Assembly (NCBI RefSeq): GCF_016432865.1
Contig: NC_067403.1
Coordinates: 252,836,001-252,900,000 of the forward strand
Reading direction: 5' to 3'
Length of the DNA: 64,000 nucleotides
From: Antechinus flavipes
Taxonomy: Eukaryota
Shown here: positions 56,101-64,000 of the stretch, in pieces
Numbering within the stretch: position 1 is the stretch's first letter
Layout: each line of letters begins with the position of its first letter
The notes under the pieces: model-generated
Seen by the model: the letters and a program-made list of their open reading frames with translations, nothing else
Databases searched by the model: none
What the model was told of the DNA's origin: nothing
Program-made: the position numbers and the translations under genes

Positions 56101-59100
56101 GAAGTAGAGGACTTGGGGCAGGAGCTGCTTGGGAAGTGGAGGACTCGGGGTGGGAGCCTTGGGAAGTGGAGGACTTGGGGCAGGAGCTTCTTGGGAAGCG
56201 GAGAACTTGGGTTGGGAGCCTTGGGAAATGGAGGACTCGAGTTGGAGCTTTTCTAGAGTACATGTTGCCCATGGGGGGTTATCTGAACTAACTCCTCACC
56301 CCCTGGGGTACTCCCCTACCCCCGTTGCTTATTGCCCATGATCTCCAAGAGCTCCCTGGCTCTCTCCCCCCTGCCACAGAGAACAAATGAAGGATAAGGA
56401 TCAGACGGTCTTTCCTCAGAGCTACCGGCCAGTGGAGCTGCCAGATAGCCGGTACCCTCTGCCCCGGAGCCTGTACCAACCTGGCTACAGCTGTGCTCGT
56501 GATAAAGCCCACTCATGTCCCCCCTCCAAAGAGGTGAGCCCTCGAGGACTTCCTGAGACCTCCTAGTCCTGCTATGGTGAAGGGAGATGTGAAGGGAGGA
56601 CCGGCCTTGCCGCAAAGGCAGGGAAACAGCATAGAGCAAATCAAACAGATCCCAATGGTTCCTGGGTGCAGACAACTAAAAAGGGAGTTTGTTAACAGCA
56701 TGAGATGAAGGGAGCATGACAGAAGGGGAAAAATACGAGGCTGGGGAGTATCGGGAACATGAGTATTGGTTGGGGGAGAAGGGGCCCCGCTGGGGCCAGA
56801 TATCCCAAGGGGGAACTGTCCAGACCCAATCATGGAAGCTGGAAACCCCCAGGGATTCCAAGGGATCAAGATGACCTCCCTGGCTGATCGGGAGACAATT
56901 CCCCAGACTGTTGTCCTTCCTTGGGGGCTCTCCCGGGATCCCGAGGTCTCACTCAGGGTTCTGGGACCCAAGCTGGGAAGGGCCTGTGGGGGCTGGCCCA
57001 CTTCTCACGTCCTAGAGAGTGGGCCACGAGGTGACCTGGCTGAGCTCCGCCCACCTGCGGGTCCTTTGCCTTCCCCCAGGCCAAGAGGGTTCATTTCAAC
57101 ACCCAGGATCACGGCCCCCAGGCCGCCATAGGATTGGAGCCCAAGACCGTGCCCGTCCTCCACCCGTCCGTGGCCAAGGGGAGTCCTGATACAGAGAACT
57201 ACCGCTATGTGAGTTGGGGGCTGGGGGCCCCATCCGGGCAGGGCAGGGGGAGCTAAAGAGCCAAGGCTGCCTAGCAGCAGCTCCTGGGTCCCAATGGGGA
57301 GGGAGAGGGGTGGCCCTCACCATGGAAACAGGCAGCGGGTGGCGGCCTGACTCTTCTGCCAGGCCGGCACAGTCCGGTCAGGACTTCCAGTCCGAACAAG
57401 TCACCTCACTCCTGTAAGCCCTCTAAGCCTCAGTTTTCTCATCTATAAAGTGGGGATATCAGGTCATCTGCTTCTCAGGATCAAAAGGGATGTGAGGATC
57501 AGATGAGCTACGTGAACCATTCAGTAAATGCTCACTGTTATTCCCATCAACAGTGATGAGGATGCAAAGGTGGCTTTTTTAGGACTTTGGGGATTTCTTA
57601 AGGGGTTTCCCGGCCCAACGGAATTTCACACCAGGAGCTGCTGTTTGAAGTGGATTCTGTTACTGAGCGATCCCCGCTCCGGCCTCTGTAAAAGAGAAGT
57701 CGGTGACCTGGGATGTCCCTTCCATATTTAAGTTCTATGATGTGTGGGCCCGGCCTGGGATGGTGGATCACGGGGCAGCGCCCCCTCCTATGTGTCGGGA
57801 AAGTATAGATTGGACTGTTAGCACCCCCCCCCCCCCGCTCCCAGTGAGCTGGGAAAGGCTGGAAAGCGTAGTGTAACCCACGTAGCAGTGACCACCAGCC
57901 ATCACCGCGGCTTCCAAAGGAGCCTGACCCTCAAGCAAAGAAATAAATCTCGAATAGTGGAGTTTTAGGGAACTGTGGTGCTTGGGAGCGAAGGGAGTGT
58001 TTTGTGGAATGGGGAGATGGAGGATCCCCAGCCTGGGCTTAATAATCTGCTTTCTGCTCTAGTTGGAGGAGTGGGAAGAGAGCAAGGGCTGAGCCGGAGA
58101 ATCACGGGCGGGTTGGAAGCCTTTCGCAATCAGTGCCCCCCACCAACTCTTTTCCTTTGTGCTTCAGGGTCCCAGATTTGCCTCTGAGTACAACTCCAAG
58201 TACCGTCATGATATCTCCGGCCCTCCAGGTAGGCAGCAGGGAGAGGCGGCCGTCCCCTGCCCCCGGAGCTCAGGCCCTGCCGTCCTCCTCACTCGCCATC
58301 CACACTGGAGATAAACCAGGCAGTGGGCTCCCTGTCCTGAAGGTGGAGGCCGGGCAGCCTGGCCGGGGCTGGGAGGGATCCTGAGGGGGACGAGGGTCCG
58401 GGCTGTAGTCCAGGGGTTGCTGTGTGGCCCTGGGCCTCTCTTCCCACTCTGAGCCTCCCCAAATCCCAATAGAGACCCACATCTGTCTCTCAGCTGAGAG
58501 GATGGAGGCTGTGGAGCCCAGGAAAGGCTCTGGAGCCATTCTGTTTCCCCAGAAAGGCTCTCGATAGGGTCAGATGGTCCCCTGCCCACCCCGAGTCCCC
58601 AGTTTGGGTTGGGGGGGCTGCGGCCCACCTGGAAGTCCTGCAGACAAAGCCCTTGTGGCCACGGGCCGGTGGCGTGCCCCTGGGTGCTTCCCACACTCCT
58701 GAATCCTTTCCAGATTTCCTCCAGAAGAAAACGATCGGTGCCAAGGAGGAGTCGGGCTTTACGGAGCAGGCCATCAAGAGTCCCCTGGCCTTCCAGCCCT
58801 TCCCTGGAGATCCCGTGAGTTATCCAGGATCGCCAGCGCTTTATGGCCCCATTGCTGCCCCAGCTCCCAGAGGGGCCTCCCTGGCACAGGCTACTCCCCC
58901 TCCCCAGCCTGCGCCCGAAGACTGGCTGGCTGCCCCTCCGCAGGGGACCGGCCTTTCTACCACTCTTGGGTGGGCGGGGGAGGGCAGGGGATGCGGTCCC
59001 AGGTCCGACACCCCTCCCCCGCTGTGGGACTGGGCTCCTTCCTCTGCCAGGGAAGGATGTGGGACTGGGGTCTGACGTCCATTCTCACTCTGCCGTGGGC

Positions 59101-62100
59101 CCTCCCCAAGGGGCCCGGGAGAACTCTCCGCAGAAGCAGGAAGCGCCTGATCAGTAGCCGGCAGAACCTGGGGCCAGGGCCGGGACTTTACCCAGGATCC
59201 TTCCCCAGCAGCCCCGGGCCGGCCCCCTCCACACGGACGCCTTCAGGGGCAGGACCCGCCAGCCTCAGATTTCCCAAACTTAGCCCAGCTTCTGTTTAAT
59301 GACTGGGCGGGGAGTCTGTGTCCTGCGCTGCTGCTTCGCCACAGGATTGAGCCACCTGAGGACAGAAAGTCCGCACCGTTCTTTGGGTCCCTGGCCCGGA
59401 GCAGGACAGAGGAGCCTCTGGGAGGGAGCGGACCGGGCCCGGCACCGGGCTGGGCGCCCCTGGGAAGCGGGGGGAGGGGCGGGGGAACATGCAGCATCCC
59501 TCCCCTCCTCTCTCCCCCCCCCCCCCCCCGCAGGAGCTTGTGCTGGGTGAGGGTGACTCGGGTCCCGCCCCTGGGCCTCTCTTTCAGCTGCCTCCTCCGG
59601 GCAGAAGCACCACCAGGTCAGATTACGTCCCCATGGCCACCCCGCACGTAAGAAGGGAGGGGAAGAAGGGGGCCGGGGTCGGGGGGAGGGGGAGCACGGG
59701 AAGTGACCGGGAAGCTGCCCCCGCTCCTGGAGGACCCTGAGAGATGGGGGGAGCTGGGGTCGGAGCCCTGGGAGGGGGGTTGCCCAATGGGGAGGGGGCG
59801 GCGGAGCGCCAAGCTCCCGGGCTTCTCCTCCGCCTCCAGGGGGATGAGTATTTGCCGGTGCTGGCCAAAGGTTCCGAGAGAGAGTCGGGCTTCAGCCGGG
59901 CCAAAGAGAAGCACCTGCCTACGGTAGGCGGCCCCTGGGAGGGACGGGAGGGGCCGGAGGCCCCGCCCCCTGCCTTTGCTCAGCTCCGCCCCGGCTCCCC
60001 CTCCCGCCCCTTCCCTCTGACTGCGGGGCAGCTGGACGCCACCATGGACAGATCCAGGGGCCGCCGTGGCCCTGCAGGGACTGCGCCCCCCTCCCCAAGG
60101 CGGGGCCGCGGCCAGAAGAGAGAGTTCCTCAAGTGCTTTGCAAACCTCCAGGGCCACACAAATGCTAGTTATCATTAGGGACGCCGGTGCCGTTTGACCA
60201 CACCTCCCTCTTCCTTGCCTGCTCCTCCCTCCTCCCTGTTTGCTCCTCCCTCTTCCCTGCCTGCTCCTCCCTCCTCCCTGTTTGCTCCTCCCTCCTCCCT
60301 GCCTGCTCCTCCTCCTCCCTGTTTGCTCCTCCCTCCTCCCTGCCTGCTCCTCCCTTGCTCTTCTCTCTCTTGCTTCTTTCCTATCCCCCTTTGACCCACC
60401 AGTTAACAAGCACTGAATGTATGAGTGGGGGGCACTGGGCTGATGCAAAGACCAAAGGAGGCAGACCCTGCCCTCAGGGGGCTTAGTCACCCCCAGTGCA
60501 CTCCTGTCTTTCTACCAGGATCTCACTTCTCTGAGAGGCCTCAGCCTCTGCCTCTCTCTGCCCCTGTATCTCTCTCCCTCTGTGTCTCCATCTCTCTCTG
60601 CCCCTGTATCTCTCTCCCTCTGTGTCTCCATCTCTCTCTGCCCCTGTATCTCTCTCCCTCTGTGTCTCCATCTCTCTCTGCCCCTGTATCTCTCTCCCTC
60701 TGTGTCTCCATCTCTCTCTGCCCCTGTATCTCTCTCCCTGTGTCTCCATCTCTCTCTGCCCCTGTATCTCTCTCCCTCTGTGTCTCCATCTCTCTCTGCC
60801 CCTGTATCTCTCTCCCTCTGTGTCTCCATCTCTTTCTGCCCCTGTATCTCTCTCCCTCTGTGTCTCCATCTCTCTCTGCCCCTGTATCTCTCTCCCTCTG
60901 TGTCTCCATCTCTCTCTGCCCCTGTATCTCTCTCCCTCTGTGTCTCCATCTCTTTCTGCCCCTGTATCTCTCTTCCTCTGTGTCTCCATCTCTTTCTAGC
61001 CCTGTATCTCTCTCCCTCTGTGTCTCCATCTCTTTCTGCCCCTGTATCTCTCTCCCTCTGTGTCTCCATCTCTTTCTGCCCCTGTATCTCTCTCCCTCTG
61101 TGTCTCCATCTCTTTCTGCCCCTGTATCTCTCTCCCTCTGTGTCTCCATCTCTTTCTGCCCCTGTATCTCTCTCCCTCTGTGTCTCCATCTCTTTCTGCC
61201 CCTGTATCTCTCTCCCTCATTGGTCTGTCCCTGTGTGTACCTGTTCCTGTTTCTCTTTCTCCCTCTGTCTCAGTCTCTCTCTCCATCTCCCTGTGTCCCT
61301 GTCTGCCTCTCTTTGTCTCTGCCCCTGTATCTCTCTTTCTCTGTGTCTCTGTCTCTGTTTGTCTCTGTCCCTGTATCTCTCTTTCTTTGTGTGTCTCTGT
61401 CTCTGTCCCTGTATCTCTCCCTCTGTGTCTGTCTGTCTCTCTTTGTCTGTCCCTGTTTCTCTTTCTCCCTCCATGTCTGTCTCTCCCTCTGTGTGTGTTT
61501 TTGTCTCTGTTCTTGTATTTCTCTCCCTTTCCCCATGTTACTATCTGTCTGCCTCTCTTTGTCTCTGTCTCTGTGTCTCTCTGTGTCTCTGTCTGTTTGT
61601 CCCCGTTTCTCTCTTTCTCCCTCCGTGTCTCTCTGTCTCCCTCTCTTCCTGTGTCTCTGTCCCTCCCTGTCCCTGTATCTCTCTCCCTCTCCCTGTGGCA
61701 CTGTCTGTCTGTCTTGCCCTCCCTCCCTGATCTCCACAAGAGGCCCCTGTCCCAGCCCCCGCCCTTCCCCTCTGTCCACCCCGGGCCGCCTCCTCTGACT
61801 CTCATCCCCGGTTCTTTCCGTGACCCACAGACCCCTCCCGCCGGCCCCCCCGGCCTCTCTGAGCCCAGCAGCCTGAGTTACCGCCAGTACCAGGGCATGC
61901 AGTGGGCACCCCAGAGCAACAACACCCTCTTGGGCCGGGAGCTCCTGGGGGCCAAGGTGAGTGCTCTGCTGCCCTCGTTCCCTCCGGGCTGAGGGGCCTT
62001 CCCCATCCCCCTGGCTCACAGCCGCCCCCCTCTCCTCACAGGAGCCCTCCGGCTACACCAGCAACAACTCCAGCTACAACCGGGGACCCCCGGACCCCGA

Positions 62101-63855
62101 TTATAGGTTTATGACCACCTACAACCAAAGGTGAGCGGCAGCACCTCCAGGTACGAGGGGAACATCCGGGGCTCTGCCCCTGCTCTCGAGAGCCAGAACG
62201 AGTCTGGCCTCCTTAAGGCCCCTTATTTCCCAAGGACAGAGCCTGGAGCAGACGGGCTTTCTCCATGGGCCGGGGAGCTCAGCTGCCCCATCTGAAGCCC
62301 TGGCTGGGCCCGGGACTGCATGGATCTCTCCAGCCTTCTTCCCCTTCCACTCCCTCCAGGAACTCCTGGGTCCCCATTGCCTCAAGAAAGCCCTGAGTTC
62401 CAATTCTCCCCTTTCTCTGGGGGCCTTTTCGGGCCCTCATTGTTCACTGCCCTTTCAGAATCTCATTTTGCCCCGCCATTGGACAGTGGGATTCTGGAGC
62501 CCCTCTCGCTCCCCTCTCAGCTGGGACTTTCCCAGAGCGGATCAGAAGTTTGTTCCCTTATAGGTTTTCCCTTCCCAGCTTCCCCGGCTCTGGAGCCTCA
62601 GCCCGAAGGTCCAGCCCAGGAGTCATGCTCTCCCCAAGTGGGAAATTGCCCAGAAGAAATGAGAGCCTCCTGGATAGTGCCTGGGTTTGCCAGCTCCGGG
62701 GGCGGAGTCTGATTTGCCCCATGCCCTGCCCCTCAGTTCTGGCTCCAGGACTCTGGGGTTCAGCCCTGCCCCTTGGTTCTGACTCTGGAACTCCAGGGTT
62801 CAGCCCTGATCCTCAGTTCTGGCTCCGGGACCACGAGGTTCAGCCCTGCCCCTCAGTTCTGGCTCCAGGACTCTGCGGTTCAGCCCTGCCCCTCAGTTCT
62901 GGCTCTGGAACTCCGGGGTTCAGCCCTGATCCTCAGTTCTGGCTCCGGGACCACGGGGTTCAGCCCTGCCCCTCAGTTCTGGCTCCGGGACCACGGGGTT
63001 CAGCCCTGCCCCTTAGTTCTGGCTCTGGAACTCCGGGGTTCAGCCCTGATCCTCAGTTCTGGCTCCGGGACCACGGGGTTCAGCCCTGCCCCTCAGTTCT
63101 GGCTCTGGGACCACGGGGTTCAGCCCTGCCCCTCAGTTCTGGCTCCAGGACCTTGAGGTTCAGCCCTGCTCCTCAGTTCTGGCTCCGGGACCACGGGGTT
63201 CAGCCCTGCCCAAACTCAGAGCCTCAGAGGGCTCGGTGACCGCCTCACATCCCCCAAGGGCCCCCACCCTGCACCCCGCCGGGTTCCAGGCCATGTCGGA
63301 GCTCTCGCTCTTTTGTTTCCGCAGATACCTTGAGAATACTCCGAAGGGTCTGGACCGGGAAAGTTGGATCCGAGGAGGAATCCAGCACCTCGGGGGCTAC
63401 GGGCTTAACCCGCCTAGCAGCCAGCACAGCCTGGACAGTTACCACAGCCCCGCAGAGTCTGCTCGCAGATCCCACCCCCACGTGGCCAGGTGGGTGGCCG
63501 AGGGCCGCGGCTGTGCCAGCTCCCGGGCCTCCGGTCTGCCCTCAGTCCCTGCCTCCTCGACACCCCGGGCCCTCGCCCATTTGAAGCGAGAGGACCTGGG
63601 TTTAAACCTCAGCTCTGCCTTTGATTTCCTGTGGCCACGTCACGGCCTCCCTCTGGCCCTCAGTTTCCTCATCTGTATAATGGGGTGGCATGGGCTGTCT
63701 GCCCTCTGAGGGCTCTCCCAGCTCCAGCTCTGGACTCCCCCCATCTTGTCCTCCTGGACCTTCTCTCTCCGTGCAGAACCCTGACGGCCCTGGATCCCTT
63801 CTACAGAGACACCCCTCACAGCCAAGGTTTTTCCGCCCTGTACGCCCCGTCCTGA
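53003..63855 (+). CDS. PPP1R32: PPP1R32 (SAXO4/IIIG9), spliced CDS join(53003..53111,54665..54791,56380..56533,57080..57208,58168..58228,58714..58814,59588..59647,59840..59923,61831..61956,62042..62130,63325..63489,63777..63855), 427 aa
   Basis: Exons sum to 1284 nt with consistent phases; N-terminus MMGKLPLGVVSPYVKMSSGG..PLKFYATSYCTAY and internal blocks match recalled human PPP1R32; synteny downstream of SDHAF2. Confidence 0.93.
54665..54791 (+). CDS. PPP1R32: PPP1R32 coding exon 2 (REGFKPQVSQHKGTGYQSNYRPIVSY...)
   Basis: 127 nt; GGCAG| acceptor; GG|GTAGGC donor. Confidence 0.92.
54912..55105. repeat. 37-bp minisatellite, 5 copies
   Basis: GGGGTCAGACTCAGTGACCTCCAAGGGCCTCGGACTC at 54912, 54949, 54986, 55023, 55060. 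Confidence 0.95.
55165..55311 (-). mobile_element. WSINE1-type SINE
   Basis: GAGGCAATTGAGGTTAAGTG...CCACTGCACCACTGAGCTGCCC. Confidence 0.75.
55845..56250. repeat. 30/32-bp minisatellite, 13 copies
   Basis: Core TTGGGAAGTGGAGGACT with mostly alternating 30- and 32-bp units. Confidence 0.93.
56380..56533 (+). CDS. PPP1R32: PPP1R32 coding exon 3 (EQMKDKDQTVFPQSYRPVELPD...PPSKE)
   Basis: 154 nt; CACAG| acceptor; GAG|GTGAGC donor. Confidence 0.9.
57080..57208 (+). CDS. PPP1R32: PPP1R32 coding exon 4 (AKRVHFNTQDHGPQAAIGLEP...ENYRY)
   Basis: 129 nt; CCCCCAG| acceptor; TAT|GTGAGT donor; RVxF motif. Confidence 0.92.
58168..58228 (+). CDS. PPP1R32: PPP1R32 coding exon 5 (GPRFASEYNSKYRHDISGPP)
   Basis: 61 nt; CTTCAG| acceptor; G|GTAGGC donor. 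Confidence 0.9.
58714..58814 (+). CDS. PPP1R32: PPP1R32 coding exon 6 (DFLQKKTIGAKEESGFTEQ...PGDP)
   Basis: 101 nt; TTTCCAG| acceptor; CCC|GTGAGT donor. Confidence 0.92.
59588..59647 (+). CDS. PPP1R32: PPP1R32 coding exon 7 (LPPPGRSTTRSDYVPMATPH)
   Basis: 60 nt; CTTTCAG| acceptor; CAC|GTAAGA donor. Confidence 0.88.
59840..59923 (+). CDS. PPP1R32: PPP1R32 coding exon 8 (GDEYLPVLAKGSERESGFSRAKEKHLPT)
   Basis: 84 nt; CTCCAG| acceptor; ACG|GTAGGC donor. Confidence 0.92.
60203..60360. repeat. About 21-bp pyrimidine-rich tandem repeat, about 7 copies
   Basis: CCTCCCTC(C/T)TCCCTG(CC/TT)TGCT. Confidence 0.85.
60550..61220. repeat. 40-bp pyrimidine-rich minisatellite, 17 copies; degenerate (TCTCTG)n-like sequence continues to about 61720
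   Basis: GCCCCTGTATCTCTCTCCCTCTGTGTCTCCATCTCT(C/T)TCT; one unit is 38 bp. Confidence 0.95.
61831..61956 (+). CDS. PPP1R32: PPP1R32 coding exon 9 (TPPAGPPGLSEPSSLSYRQYQ...LLGRELLGAK)
   Basis: 126 nt; CCACAG| acceptor; AAG|GTGAGT donor. Confidence 0.9.
62042..62130 (+). CDS. PPP1R32: PPP1R32 coding exon 10 (EPSGYTSNNSSYNRGPPDPDYRFMTTYNQ)
   Basis: 89 nt; TCACAG| acceptor; AG|GTGAGC donor. Confidence 0.92.
62721..63212. repeat. 40-bp minisatellite, about 12.3 copies, with a 120-bp higher-order unit
   Basis: CAGCCCTG recurs exactly every 40 bp from 62761 to 63201; the CCCTGAT variant falls at 62801, 62921, 63041. Confidence 0.95.
63325..63489 (+). CDS. PPP1R32: PPP1R32 coding exon 11 (YLENTPKGLDRESWIRGGIQ...HPHVA)
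   Basis: 165 nt; TTTCCGCAG| acceptor; AG|GTGGGT donor. Confidence 0.92.
63777..63855 (+). CDS. PPP1R32: PPP1R32 last coding exon (TLTALDPFYRDTPHSQGFSALYAPS*)
   Basis: GTGCAG| acceptor; TGA at 63853-63855. Confidence 0.9.
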
Positions 63856-64000
63856 GCTGGTAAGGGCCCGGCCCGCCCCTCGTGCTGTCCCTGGTCACAG
63901 GGGAGCTGGGGCTTCCCGGCTCTGGAGGAGGGGGAGACGGGAAAGCCCCGGGCGGAAGCAGGGCGCGGGGCGCGTGCCCTGGCCTAGCAGCCCCCTCTCT

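Noticed and set aside
55613-56291. Repetitive ORFs on both strands
   Set aside because: Translation of the 30/32-bp minisatellite
60425-62019. Long ORFs (457, 382, 310, 269 aa and others) of repetitive Ser/Leu/Cys or Arg/Glu
   Set aside because: Translations of the stop-free 40-bp pyrimidine minisatellite inside a PPP1R32 intron
62550-63239. 229-aa repetitive ORF
   Set aside because: Translation of the 40-bp intronic minisatellite

Overview
Vertebrate genomic DNA, almost certainly a marsupial and probably a dasyurid (WSINE1/MAR1-type SINEs, an OC1-type hAT MITE, marsupial L1 3' ends), syntenic with human 11q12.2. It holds three spliced genes whose exons I reconstructed by hand from GT-AG boundaries and reading phase. 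(1) CPSF7/CFIm59 on the minus strand: 8 coding exons, 1416 nt, 471 aa, plus a non-coding first exon and a 3'UTR exon cut by the window edge. (2) SDHAF2 on the plus strand, head-to-head with CPSF7 across a CpG island: 4 exons, 501 nt, 166 aa. (3) PPP1R32/SAXO4 on the plus strand: 12 coding exons, 1284 nt, 427 aa, with tandem RFX X-boxes at about 50.0 kb. The rest is LINE/SINE/DNA-transposon debris, five N gap runs at four loci, an orphan CpG island with a CTCF motif, and many unrelated minisatellites. No prokaryotic system (CRISPR, operon) is supported. The best new lead is a candidate autoregulatory module in CPSF7 intron 2: a 77-nt frameshifting exon with UGUA, a strong 5' splice site and AATAAA 40 nt downstream. 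Orthologue comparisons are from memory of the human proteins; no database was searched.
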